Of a stretch of DNA of 64,000 nt, positions 1 to 13,739 are shown piece by piece. The DNA is taken from NCBI RefSeq assembly GCF_009914755.1, contig NC_060937.1; one strand, 5' to 3'. Position numbers and translations under genes: made by a program. Numbering within the stretch: the stretch's first letter is position 1; each line of letters begins with the position of its first letter. Source of the DNA: the human T2T-CHM13v2.0 reference genome, Homo sapiens. The notes beneath the pieces were generated by a model, which did no database searches, was not told the origin of the DNA, and saw only the letters and a program-made list of their open reading frames with translations.

Positions 1-377
1 ATTTACAGACACAAAGACTGGTGCCTGGCTTCTCCTGATAAAGCTAAACCTGCATGTGGCTGGTCTCTAGTTGGCTAGATAGTAGTAGTTAAAATGAAAA
101 GAAACACTTAATGTTAGATGCCATCCAATAGGGCCACCTAAAGGGATGGAAGGTTCTCAACAACAAGAGCCCAGAGGTAGAAGCAAGACTCTTAGCGGGG
201 AAGGATGGAGTCGCAAGTGAAAACCTAGACAAAGAAGCATCTGTCCTGGTCCAGAGGCTTCCCCAATAAAGATGTCTCACACAACTCTAAGAAGTTAGAA
301 CTCGAGAAAAAGACTAACAAGAAAAAGAGTAAGGTGTGTTTGTGGAAGAGGTGAGGCAGTTGTTTTCCTATAAATAA

Positions 378-752
378 TGTTAAATTAAACTAAATTTGGT
401 CTGAGGATGCCTCGTAACTTGAGTCGCTACATAACAAACTGCAACCTAACTTAGGAGTATTTTTTTTTTGTACTAACGAGGTGAGTCTCAGCCAATCACA
501 GCAGCCAAGCTACAGCCAATCCCATGTGGCCAACTGAGCAGCCTATGCCCAGTAAGACAACTGCTCACCTGTAACTACTCAAGCTGCTTCTGGACCTCAT
601 TTCCATTTGCTGTTTATAAGTGCTGCCTGCCCACTTTGCTGAGCAGAACTCTCTGAACTTCTTTCGTTTTTGAGGGTTACTTGATTAGAAAATTGTTCTT
701 TGTTCAATTAAATTTTGCTAAATATAATTCTTTTAAAGATTTTCTTTTAACA
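378..752 (+). mobile_element. Solo ERV1-class LTR (MER57/LTR54-like) in CPB2 intron 1
   Basis: Starts TGTTAAA and ends TTTAACA (terminal inverted repeat). Near-matching 4-bp flanks ATAA/ACAA, repeated AGCCAATC boxes, TATAA at about 616, ATTAAA at 707-712. Subfamily by eye. Confidence 0.7.
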
Positions 753-2829
753 ACAAAGATGGGGATATTTGAACAATACCTTGGTTGGAGGTGACATTCT
801 AATTTCTAAATTGAGGCTATTTGTATTTTTAGCAGGACCCAAGGACTGTCACTTAAAAGCAGGCTAAAAAGCCTTGAAATTTTCTAACTTTCCATGCGAG
901 AGCAGTGATAGATAACCCCACTACGCAAAATGTCATGGGGCAATGGGAGACAAAAAATAAAGCTGTGTTTCAACTGCGTCTCTGAATGATACGATTATAG
1001 CACTTACACAATAACCACTTGAGAAAAAAGAACAGCCTTGCACCAAAAATCGAATGAGAAGTACAAGCACAGTGAAGTAACAGGTCACTTTACAAAAAAA
1101 AGTAAAGGCTGAAAGGGGACGAGCAAATTGCCCAAGTCTGCATGGGTGATAAGTAGCAGATCTGGGGCTCGAATCCAGATCCTGAGCTTTTAATACCTAT
1201 GCAACACTTCCTCTGTTCCTTCCCTTCTGAGAATGTCATTATGTTCATTGGGGTGTATCCCCTGCTATGGTTTACAGGGGAGGGTTCACACTTTCACCAT
1301 TCTGAAAGATTATTTTGAATTTAAAAAGCTGGCAAGATGTCTCTGAACAATGGAACATAGCCCAAGGCTGCAATTTTGTTGCACACATTACAGTGTTTTA
1401 AGGCCACTGGTGGCCTGTTCTTTGAGATGAAAACAATGCATCAGTAGGAACAAAGTGAAAGAGAGTAAACTGGTCTCCAGGTACCCAAACAGTATGTGAA
1501 GTCAACAGAGGAACACTTCCTGTGGTCTATTAATAATTCAGAAGCCCTTTATCCTCAACCCTCCTCCACTCTCTAATTCCTAAGTCTTCTTCCTAGTGTC
1601 TCTTACTTCCTCTTTCCAAATAGTCTGGGCTGGCAGGCTGCATTTAGGTAATCACTGCACAATACAATTACTGATTCTGTTTACAAGATTCTTGCTAGTA
1701 TTTTATTTTTACCCTTTATAGTGTTTGGCTTTTAAAAGCAAATGAATATGGAGTCATGATTTTTTGGCTGCCTTTCCCTTTGGCATATGATATTTATGCC
1801 TTTAAAACTTGTTGTTGTTCCAGGGCATTTCACTGATGAAATTTATCAAAATGAACCTACAAATCAGCCACTAAGAGACTGCATGAATAAAAACTGTTAG
1901 TAGGAAAATGATTATGACAAAAAAAAAAAAACAAAGAACAGCTTTAAGAAAAAGCCAGACTGTTAGCTTTTTTTTTTTTTTTTTTTTAGAAGGGTTGATA
2001 TTCTGAACCCCAGCAACAATTTATCAAAGTCTGTTGCCCTGAATGAAATTAGATTTCCTTTTTAGCTTCAGGAATAGGCCATTCCTGGAAAAGTGGAGCA
2101 CAGAAACATTTGGTAAAAAAATTTATTTTTACTCACAGAAAGAGTAGTTTGCAATGTTATTTCTAGTGAAGGGATGGGAACCAGGATTCAGATATTCATC
2201 TGTCTACAATACTGAGGTCCTCCTACCTCCTCTCCTCTGCAAAGGGACCCTCGCAGTATACAAAAGTATTAAATATTTTTAATGTGATATTCTTTGGTTA
2301 AAATATAGTCACATTCTCATTCCTTTTTTCAAGCATAAGTATCAGTCAGATTTCAGAGTATAAGCTGAAGCAACAAATAGTAACAAAGCCCATGCATGAA
2401 GATATGTTCTCACTCATTTTTTTACTATTTTATTGTTGGCTACTTCTTCTATTTGCGTTATATTTAGTGTCACTAAGCTGCTATACACGTACTCATTTGA
2501 AGAGATGTGCTAAAGCTTTTAGTGTGTTTTGCTATTGATTATCCTATCCAAGAGTTTGGGTTACTCTACGATCAAGATGGCGGTCTGCAGTGAGCCCACC
2601 TGCCCGCCAACCTCTGCAACAACCAGCTGAGGATAATTGCACTGGGCTGACGCCAAGGCCATGATTAGATCTGCTAGTGGGTGAGAACCATGAGACTGAA
2701 CCTCTAATCCCGAACCTCTCTTCCAAGCTACTTTCCAAACCAACTGCTGCCTGCAACTCCCTTTGACTAAATCTGACCTTCCTTCAAACTGGCTCTCTTC
2801 CTAATTTCCAGATTTTATGGAGGCAATGC

Positions 2830-3060
2830 TGTCCAGTGCATGGAGTTGAAATGAGGCTAAAGTGGGTTTGAATCCAAGCTCTACATTTACTGTTTGATCT
2901 TGGGCCAATTATTTATTCTTCCTGAGGCTCAGTTTCCTCCTTTGTAAAATGTCAGTAAAGATTCCTAGCATGTAGGATTTTATGCATTTAAAGAGATAAC
3001 ATTTCTAAGTGACTAGTTCAGTGCCTGGCACAAACACAGGCACTAAATAAGCAGAGGTTT
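2830..3060 (+). mobile_element. MIR SINE
   Basis: MIR core 'ctcagtttcctcctttgtaaaatg ... cagtgcctggcaca'; boundaries approximate. Confidence 0.7.
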
Positions 3061-4313
3061 CCTCCCTTTCCCCTAACTGTCAATGGTACTGCCACTGTGT
3101 ACAGTAGCCAAGTTGGACATGTTGATACCAATTTTTCTCTTCTCCCCCTTTCCCTTAACTGAAGCCAATTATCAAGTTATGGAATATTAGAACTAGCAAG
3201 AACCTTAGAAATCCTGACCATATGATTCACCGATAAAATACAGAGAAAGACATAAGTCACTGATCATTGCAGCAATCTTGACCCCCACGTCAATTAAATA
3301 ACAAAAATAATATCATTTTATGATAGAATTTGTTGCTCGACATTCGACAATCATGTTGAACAAAAGAAGATCAATCAACTATAATCAGTTCAGTGATCAT
3401 GTACAAACACAGCTTCAGGCTCACAAGTCAAGATCTATTTTCCAAACCATTGTCCTATGGTTATTTATGACCGTGAACATTTTTTTGGTGGTAGAATGTT
3501 CCTTGTCACTGGTATATTCCTTTGCCCTATGTCTCTTCTTTCTTTGTCATTTACTAACATGAGGAGAGGGATCTGTCTCAAAGATAATTGGAGGAGAAAG
3601 CGATCATAGAACCAAAACAAAGGGGAAAAAATAAGATAATTCCAAAGGAAACAATATCAATGTTTTAAAGCCTAAAAATTGACTACTTAATAAATTACAT
3701 TACATATACCCTGGAACTATTTTCTCCATGCATTGCATGTGCTATAGCATGAATTCATTTGTGTTCTTCTAGATAGTTTATCCTAAGGGAATCTACTAAG
3801 CAAAATAAGAATCAGATAATAGTTCTTTATCACACAACTCTTCTTCCTTTCATATTCCATGCTAAATAATCATGCATGATCCAAACCTCCTATTTAACAC
3901 TTCACCCTCTTCTTCCTCCTATGTTCCATGTACAAGGGGAAAATAAATGATCCATAGTTAACTTTTTTTATGTGAAGACAGGAAGAATATGAATCATACA
4001 TCAAGTTAGAGTATAAATAGTTACGTTTATAAAAGATTTAATTTCTTGAATCTCCATAGTCACTGGATATGCGTATCATCCAAGGTTCTCCCAATAATAA
4101 AACCAGAGCCAGGAAAGAAAAAAGACCCTGTCTTTAGTGATAGCCCATTGTGCTAAAGTCTACTTATTTGTCAGGGCAACTTGGAAAGTTCTGAAAGACC
4201 TGGCCTTCAAAGTTTACCATTTTGTCCACCAGCTCAGTGCACTGACTTGACACGACATGAGGCAAACAAGTGAGGAGAGTGGCCCACCACAGTCTAAGAT
4301 TCTATTGGGTTAC

Positions 4314-4387
4314 CTCTGAAACGCGAAGACATGCTGCTCACAGAAGAGAACAATGGGTACAAGGACTGCAAGGCTGCAAAGCTTCAT
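4314..4387 (-). CDS. CPB2: Carboxypeptidase B2 (TAFI) coding exon 1, signal peptide
   Basis: Reverse complement reads ATG AAG CTT TGC AGC CTT GCA GTC CTT GTA CCC ATT GTT CTC TTC TGT GAG CAG CAT GTC TTC GCG TTT CAG AG|GTAACC = MKLCSLAVLVPIVLFCEQHVFAFQ(S), the CPB2 N-terminus. 74 nt, phase-2 GT donor. The rest of the gene is left of the window. Confidence 0.97.
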
Positions 4388-4520
4388 CCCAACAGCAATT
4401 TTCTGTACAACAAATTTCTCTGAAGAGAAAAACCCAGATCATTGATTGCATAACAGCCTTCTTTACACACTGGTTAAAATATAACGGCATGTTCCCTCTT
4501 GTTCCTGTGGGTCAATCAAC
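4388..4520 (-). promoter_or_regulatory. CPB2: CPB2 5'UTR and proximal promoter with hepatocyte factor motifs
   Basis: Directly upstream of the ATG: C/EBP-type ATTGCATAAC (4445-4454), HNF1-like GTTAAAATATAAC (4473-4485), two TGTTCC steroid-receptor half sites (4490-4495, 4500-4505). No obvious TATA box. Confidence 0.8.
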
Positions 4521-5263
4521 TTAGCTTCCATTTCCACTCCCAAAAAGAGAAATATTATTGGCTTAGTTAGGCTGTTGCTTGATAATTAAACACTCAAAAA
4601 GAGTATGATGAGAGTTGCTCTTAATTTAGACTATCTAGAAAATGTGTAACTCCTTGGGGAAGGTAGGGCCAAGAATAAAAGGGTAGTAATACAGTAGGAT
4701 CTTGTCTGGTTTATTGCAGAACAATAGCTATAGAATATTGACTAATGGATATATAGCCCATGTTGAGGGAGATCTACCGTGAAGTACTATAAATGTCTTC
4801 CCTTGCCTCTGACTTTTTCAACATTTTAAATTTATGAAGACGTAAAAAGTGAGTTCCTCAAATCTGGCTAATCCAATCCAATGTTGAAGTGCAGTTTGTA
4901 AGGATGATTACAGGATCTCTGTTCAAAAAGATGTTTCCTTGACCATATGGAATGATAGGCCCACCCCCAATAGGAATACTATTTCATGGAAGCTGGTTCA
5001 AGCAGTAAAGACATCAGGTTACTTTGAATCTCATTTATTTAAAGGTCACCATAATAGCCATCAATTAAATCCAGGCCCATCCCCTATCATCTTGAAAGTA
5101 GCATCAAATAACATTTTGTCTAGTATGAGGCCATATCCTACCCTCTGTAAGTGAGTGGAGCCCTCTTCCCCTACATTCCCATTGGTTAATGCACTTGAAT
5201 GTTCTTGAAGTCAGAATTGGCAAATTTGCAAAATAAATCAGCCTGCCCACAATTAACTTCTGA

Positions 5264-5609
<346 letters not shown>

Positions 5610-6129
5610 TGAGATTTCAAACTTTTCCTTTTGAGATTTAAAACTATTGAATGATATTTAATGAATTAAAGTGACCTCCACTGTAACCACTTGTTGTATA
5701 AGAAAGAAGAAGAAATAAGAAAATATGTGTGTGTCTGCTCATATGTGGAGAAAGAAACATAAGAAGGATAGATTAGAAATCAATGAGACTGGTTATCCAC
5801 GGGAGGTGAGTGGAAACACACTGGAAAAGACAGGGTAGAAGAGACAGGGAGGGACGCTTCTTTGGGTGAAGTGTTTTGAATAGTTCTGAACTTTAGAACT
5901 ACTCTGAATTTTAGAACCATGTTCTTTTCACATATGTACTTAAAACAAGCAAACAAATAAATTTTAAAAAATAATACAAACAAAAACGAACCTGTGTTTC
6001 AAATGAATAACATAATCACACTGAAGGAGAGAAAGAAAAACTAACCCAAGTAACTTTTACCTTATCTTTTTAACATAAAAGTTAACTTTAAAATAAACAG
6101 TCAAAATAGTTAAAATATGCTAATAAATT

Positions 6130-9120
6130 CTATCAATTTTTGTGCTACTTATTTTGTATCTGTGTTTCTTCTTTATTTTATGTCCTGTTTCCTCTCTGGG
6201 GAAACAGAAACAGGATACAAAAGAAACAGAGTGCATAAAAAACAATAAATTTTAAATTACATTTCTTATTGCTGAAGCAATCTTTTAAAAGTTCCTATAG
6301 CAAAAGTCTACAGGTGATAAAATCTTTTATGCTCTGTATCTTTAACAATAACTTTCTTTTGCCTTCACTTTCAAGTACTAGTTTAGCTGAATGTAATATT
6401 CGAGTGTGACGGATGCGTCATTGTTGTTTGACATTTCCTGTTGCATGGTAGGAATCTGCTGCCCAGGTAATTGTTGTTCCCTTGCAGTTTAGCTGTCCTT
6501 TCTCCTTGATAACTTTTAAGGGATTATCTTTATCCTTGGTGCTTCTCAGATCCATTACTCTGGTCTAGATGTGGATTTAGTTTTTATTATCTTACTCAAT
6601 ACACAGGATGTACTTTTGATCTGAGGATTTAGACATTTCTTCAGTCTTGGAAAATCATTTTATTATTTCTTCAGCTATCGTATCTCTGCTAGTGCCCTGT
6701 AGGGGCTCCTGTTGGAGCTTCTTGATCTATCTTTCATGTCTTGTAACTGTCCTTTCATGTTTTAAAAACTCATCATCTTTGTCTCTGTATGCTGTATTCT
6801 GGGTGAGTTTCTCAGCACTATCTTCAAATCCACTAATTTATTCTTTGAGTCTAATTTAGACTACATAGTCCAGTTGAGGTGTTTTAAATAATTACCTCGA
6901 TGACTATATAAATCATTTACAGCTGGTTCTTTTGCGTGTTTACTGATTTTGTTTTTATACCAGTATTTTAAAATATCATTTAAGATTTTTTTCAATTTTT
7001 TAGTGGATATGATTCCTTTAGATCTCTCATTGAGAATCCTCAGGATACTTATTTTAAAGTCAGTGTTGCACTGCTTTATGAGGTTAATTATGTTTGGGTG
7101 AATTCATGTTCTGAGTATTGATTTTGTTAGCTGCCTTTATTGGTATTTGAATTCTTCTGTGATTTGGAACTCTGGTCTGCAGGCTCATTTTGAGTAGGAA
7201 GTCTTCCTTCAAGTAGGAAGTCTTTCATTTCTTTCTCTCTTCCCCTATGCTCACTTCTCTCTGCTTGGCACATGCCTCCAAGAAGTCCCTGCGCTTCCAT
7301 TCCAGAGCCCTGTCTTACACTGGTTTTTGGAGCACATTTCAAAGATCCAGTCAGCAAACAGCAATGACTTGACTTAATTATTGGCTTAGTTACTCCTGGT
7401 GTAGTTATTCTGTCTCATACTGACTAGCAGCTACTTATAAACCAGTCCTAGGTAAAAGTGAGCAGCATTTTTTTCCTTTGTATTAAGGTACATGAAGTGA
7501 AATGCACAGATCGTAAGTGTACAGTTAGATTTTATATATATATATATATATATATAGAAGTGTTTGTTCAGATCATTTGCCTGGTTGTTAGTTGGGATAG
7601 TTTGTCTTATTACTGATTTGTAGGAGTTATTCACATTTTCTAGACATCAGTCCTTTGTCAGATATATGTATTGTAAATATATCTTCCTTTGAGAAGTGTC
7701 TATCAAATTCTTTTGACCATTTTGGAAAATTTAGTTGTCATTTTATTATTAACTTGTGAGAGTTATTTATATATTCAGGATACAACTCCTTTGTCAGACA
7801 TATACATTGTCAATATTTTCTGACACTTTGTGGCTCTCCCATTTTTTATTGATGTCTTTTGCAGAGCAAAAGTTTTTAATTTTGCTGAGTTCAATTTATC
7901 AATTTTTCTTTAGTGGTTAGTGCCTTCTGGGTCTTGTCTAAGGAGCTTTGTCTAACTCAAGATCATGCAGATATTCTTGAAGCTTTATAGTTTTGACTTT
8001 TAGGTTTATGATCCATCTAAAATTAATTTTTATGTATGTTTTGAGGGAGGGATTGACGTTCTTTAATTTTCCATATAAGTATTCAATTGTTTTAGCATCA
8101 TTTCCTGAAAACACTTTTCTTTCTCCCATGGGATTGCTTTGCCATCTTTGGGAAAAATCCATTGGCTCTGTACGTATGAGTCTACATCCATAAGTTTGCA
8201 GTAATTTCTTTCCTCACCACAATAATAACTAGAGTGTGTCTGTTTTATTTCTTATCTCTTTTTTCTCCTTATGCTTCAATTTGGATATTTTCTATTGATC
8301 TGGCTTCAAGTTCACTTATTCTTTTCCCAGCAGTTCCAGTTTGCTGATAAGTCCATTGAAAGAAGTCTTTATTTCTGATATATTTTTCATTTCTGACACT
8401 TCTATTTGAATTTTTTTTTTAGAGTTTACTTTTCACTGCTGCATTTCCCATTTTTTCATACATGTATGAACAAAGATTGTCTTTGAGCAATCTCTGCATC
8501 TGGTTCTTTTGACCATTTTCTCTTTTGAAGATGGGTCACTTTTTATGCTTTTTCATATACTTGTAATTTTTTATTGAATCACAGATGTTATGTACAAAAG
8601 GATAGGATAGACTAAAGTAACTAGCAGATAAGCCCAGAATAGGTCCCATATCTTCTTCTCTCATGCCACCAGTGTGAAGGATTGAGCCAATCTAGGCTGC
8701 AGTTGAGCTGGGTCTAGGCTTTGCTGTTATTTTTGTTAAATTTTATTTGTTATATTATTATAGCAAGATCAAATTATTTCCTCTAGCCAGGATTGAGATC
8801 TGAGTGCCTGGAGGGTTTGTCTTAGTTCTCCTGCCCTGCCTGCACCCATCGTCAGGCCCAGTGCTCCTGCGCCATAGGAGGGGTCTCAGCTCTCCTGCTC
8901 TCCTCTTCCCTACCAGTAGCCACAGGCAGCTACTGTCTCCTGTTCAGCGTAAGGCTGGGTTCATTGTGGGTTTTCTCTCTGTTTTCCTGCCCTGACCTCA
9001 AACATCAGCAGGCTCTGAGCTTCAAAGAGGGTCAGCAGGCTCTGAGCTTCAAAGAGTTCATCTCTCTCTGATCTCTTGACTCTTCCCCAGTACAGATGAC
9101 CACTGTCTTGTTCTCAGCCT
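6130..9120 (-). mobile_element. Patchwork of ancient L1M fragments, mostly antisense
   Basis: T-rich degenerate L1 ORF1/ORF2-like text (e.g. 'gatccatctaaaattaatttttatgtatg', 'gagaagtgtctatcaaattcttttgacc'); includes (TA)12 at 7533-7556. Boundaries approximate. Confidence 0.65.
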
Positions 9121-9143
9121 GGGGCTCAGAGTCCTTTGAGATT

Positions 9144-9625
9144 TGTGATGGTTAATTGTATGCATCAATTTGACTGGGCCATGGGATGCCCAGATATTGG
9201 TTAAGCATTATTTCTGAATGTGTCTGTGAGAGTGTTTCTAGATGATATTAGCATTTGAATCAGTTGATTATAAAACAGGCCCAAAGAAGGTAGACTTCAT
9301 CTAATCCACTGAAAGCCTGAATAGGAAAATGGGCTGAGTAAGAAAGATTTCTTTCTCTCTGCCTGGCTGACTTTGAGCTGGGATATCAGTCTTATGCCTT
9401 CAGACTTATACTCAAACTGGAACTTAGACCATCTGCTTTTCTGGGTCTCCAACTTGTCACCTGCTGTTTCTGGGCATTCTCAGCTTCATAACCATGTGAG
9501 CAAACTACTTATAATAAATCTCTTTATATACATATATGTACACACACACACACAAACACACATATATTTATACATACATATATCTCCTATTGGTTCTCTT
9601 TCTCTGGATAACCTAGACTAATACA
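9144..9625 (+). mobile_element. MLT2 (ERVL) solo LTR
   Basis: Begins TGTGATGGTTAATT..TCAATTTGACTGGGCCA, ends 'ctggataacctagactaataca'; internal AATAAA followed by a TA/CA tract typical of MLT2. Confidence 0.85.
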
Positions 9626-9767
9626 GAATTGCTTCCAATTTTCCTGCTCTGCTCTCAGACTTTGGCAGACCAGCATGTCTGTGCCTCAGACAGGACCTTT
9701 TCTGCTCTCCTGTCCCTCCCTCAATTTTGGTTCATTAGTTTCCTTTGCAGCATCAGCTCTCTGATGA

Positions 9768-10178
<411 letters not shown>

Positions 10179-11269
10179 TATTGATCTTTGATTCCACAAG
10201 CTGGGAAGAATGTGCTTGGTCCCTGGCCCTGAGCAGTCAGCTTACCCGTAGCACCCTAGTATGTCTCCATGACGTACAGTGGCCACCACTTGCCTGTCTC
10301 ATGCCATCAACACCTGCCACCACTCTGCATTTATGTTCCATTTCTTGTATCTGAGATTGTCTCTCATTTGCTGTCTTTGGGGTTTTGTCCTTTTATATCT
10401 TTTCCTCCAATTTTGTGTGACTGGGGAGAGGTGCAGAAAGTCTCATTAAACCATAATCTCTTTGAGTTGTCTTGATGTGGAAATCTCCCTCCCTGCATTT
10501 GTCTATGGATCTCTTCATTACAGTAAATAGGATATTTCTTTTCTTCTCTATTTTTATTTGTATTCCTGTAGTTTGTTTTTCTCTGTGTCCATCTTCAACT
10601 GCTTTTACTTTCTAGTGCTTTGTATTTCTCTCTCTTTTCCTAGTTTATTTCTACCTTTGCCTTTTTATATTAATCTTAATATAAAATAATATTAAATCTT
10701 AATATTTAATACATTAAATTAATCTTTTATATTAATATATAATATAAAATCAATTTGTTCAATTATACTTTGGAGGCAATGAAATAATTTTGGTGGTGAG
10801 TGGAAGAGGTGGGGCTAGCATTTGAGCTCCTTCTCCAAAATGTCCCTCCAGAGAACAAGACAAAGGGATTGCATTGGTGTAAATCTGACAAGATTTCCAA
10901 TCCACTTCCCAAGTCATTCACCTGTCTAAGTGATCTTCATTACTCGCCTTCATTTTGGGTCTGAGTTTTGCTCTCTCGTTGCTTTTGCTATCCTCTATCT
11001 GTCTCTCCTCTCTCTTGCTCTGCTCATTCTAGTGGTTGTTTCTTGGCCCCAAGCCTCACCTCTGGTGCTTCACTTTCCAAAGAGAAAGACTAGACACAAT
11101 ACATAAGACAAGAATATGTACAAGGAAAAAAATAGGAACCCTTCCAGTAAAAGTCAAACTCTCAAATAACTTTTTACTCCACTCTATGCTTTTTATGACT
11201 TATACACCTAAAATAAAATGATCCACAGAAGTTAAAAATAGAAGATATGTAGAAGGAGATATCAATGAA

Positions 11270-11940
11270 ACGGAAACAAATGCTGGGGTAAAGAAATAAA
11301 AAGAAATGAGCTATCAAGCCAGAGAAAGACCTGGAGGAAACTTAAATGCACGTGGCTAAGTGAAAGAAGCCCATCTGAAAAGGCTACATATAATATGATT
11401 TTAATTATGTGACATTCTCAAAAAGGGATTCAGGTGGGAGGGAGGGAGGAATCAGTAGGTGGAGCACAGAGGATTTTTAAAGCAGTGAAACTACTCTGTA
11501 TGACATAGTAATAATGAACACATGTCATTATACACTTGTCAAAACCCGAAGAATGTACAACACAAGAGTGAACCCTGGCCAGGCATGGTGGTGTATGCCT
11601 GTAGTCCCAGATACTTGGGAGACTGAGATGGGAGGATCTCTGGAGTCCGGGAGTTGGAGACCAGCCTGGGCAATATAGGGAGGCCCCATCTCAAAAAGAA
11701 ACAAAAAAAAACAGTGAACCCTAGTCAAACTATGGACTTTGGTTAATCATAATGTATCAATATTGGTTTAGCAAGAATTATAAATGTATCGCACTAATAC
11801 AAGATGTGAATAATAGGAGAAACTATGTGTGTGTTGGGGGGTGGGTGAGTGTAGGGGAGTGAGGGGACATGTGGGAATTCTATCTTCCAATCAATTTTTC
11901 TGTAAATCTAAAGCTGCTGTAGAAAAGTCTATTAATGAAA
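11270..11940 (+). mobile_element. L1MC-type 3' end interrupted by an Alu monomer (FLAM-like, about 11577-11712)
   Basis: 'atgagctatcaagcc..gaggaaacttaaatgca' L1MC 3' text; monomer flanked by repeated AGTGAACCCT. Confidence 0.75.
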
Positions 11941-13129
11941 CAACACAAACAAAAACATGGCACTATTTAAATCAGACAAAGCAAAATTAAGCTATGCAAT
12001 GCAAAAAGTGTGACAAAGATCAATTGGAATTGACAACAGATTTAATTAATACACAACAGTCATTAAACTTTATGAGTTGAAAAATACCTCAGCACCATAA
12101 GATAGTGAAAAAAAAAAGAAAAAAAGAAAAAGAAATGCCATTATAATATAAAGCAAAACATGATAGAAATATCAAGAAGAAATAAATAAAAACACAAGAG
12201 AAGACTGTAGCACACTCCCATTTGTCTAGGATGGCTTAGATAGGCAAAATAAGACATTGGGAATATATAGCTCACGTCTCAATGGGAAACAGATGCCTCT
12301 TTCTGCATAAAAATTTGACCTTCACTTATCTTCCTTACTCTGTTCCTCTAATAACTTGATAAAGGTAAAATGTCGACTATGTCTCTAGGCAACATTACTT
12401 TTGGTAGAAATAACTCCTACTGGATAAATTGCATCTGGACTCAGGATAACCATAAATGATTGGGACAATCATTTGGGACATCATATCTGATTGGGACATC
12501 ATAGCTTTCAGTTCCCCTGAGTGTGCTGACTCCTGTAACTCCATATGCCTCCATAGGGACCCTGAAAGCTGTGTCTATGAAGTTATTACAAGATATTGGC
12601 TACTGTGGTGCATGGAGCTTCTAGGCCAGGGTGATTCTCACACCTGCCTGATGTGGATCTTGTTGCTTCACACCTGAAACATCATTTGAGAAGCCCGGGA
12701 AGTGGTGTGGCTGCTGCATGGCTGCTCCAAGAACTACTCCCATGGGAGAGGAGCTCCCAACAGTGCCTTGCCATCAAGCTTTGATTTCTACCTTACATAC
12801 CTCTGAATAAACTGTTGCCAATGAGGCTGATGGAAGTCTTGTGAGTTTGAATGCCAGGTTGAACTTAAGAGGATTCCCTGGTGAGCATTGCAAGATGGTA
12901 TACTCAATGTTATTAATTTGTGGGGAGTTTAATAAAAGTATTGTTTATATTGATGTGGGAAGGGTATAGGGAAATTACAAGGTATGGTGCAGTGTCCCAA
13001 GAATAGTAACATGGGGCACTGAAAAGATAGAGAAAGGAAAAGAATGAGTGACCAGAACCTGGTGACAGAGCCACAGGGGAGGGCTGTCTGGCTGGAGCTG
13101 TGACTTACCATTGAAGGACTCAGGAAGTT

Positions 13130-13362
13130 CTTTTTTTTCTTTAGACAGGGTCTCGCTCCGTCATCTAGGCTGTCATGCAGTGGTGTGATCATGACTCACT
13201 GCACCCTCAGCACACACCACCATACTGGGCTAATTTCTGTATTTTTATAGACAGGTTCTCACCAGGTTGCCCAGTCTGATCTCAAAATCCTGGGCTCAAG
13301 CAATCTTCCTGCCTTGGCCTCCCAAAGTGCTGGGATTATAGGCATAAGCCACTGCACCCAGC
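13130..13362 (-). mobile_element. AluJ with internal deletion
   Basis: 'cctgggctcaagcaatcttcctgccttggcctcccaaagtgctggg'; shortened right arm. Confidence 0.9.
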
Positions 13363-13739
13363 CCTCAGGCAGTTTTTATTAATTCTGCAGGAAGGGAGCT
13401 GGGAGAATAAAAATCCCGACCTCATTTTCTTTCCTTCTTTTGTTCTCTTGCTTGAGCTTCCCATGGATGAACTGGAAGAATTCAGAAATTGAATGATATA
13501 AATAACAAAGTTAAATTAATAGACATGTATTGAACTTAGTTTTTAGAGTATGTATAATTTTCCCAATTTTCTGTGGAATTATTGCAAAATTTGATCACAA
13601 ACTATAAGGCTACAATTTAAAAATATAACAAATTCCTAACTGTAAAAATTTTCTAGGTTAAATTCTTTGATCACAAAGCAGGCAAGAAATGAATGGTGGA
13701 ACAAACTAAAATACTAGCTCCATGAATGAAAAGACCTAC

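Noticed and set aside
10660-10770. Very AT-rich quasi-palindromic stretch
   Set aside because: Low-complexity DNA with no long perfect inverted arms.
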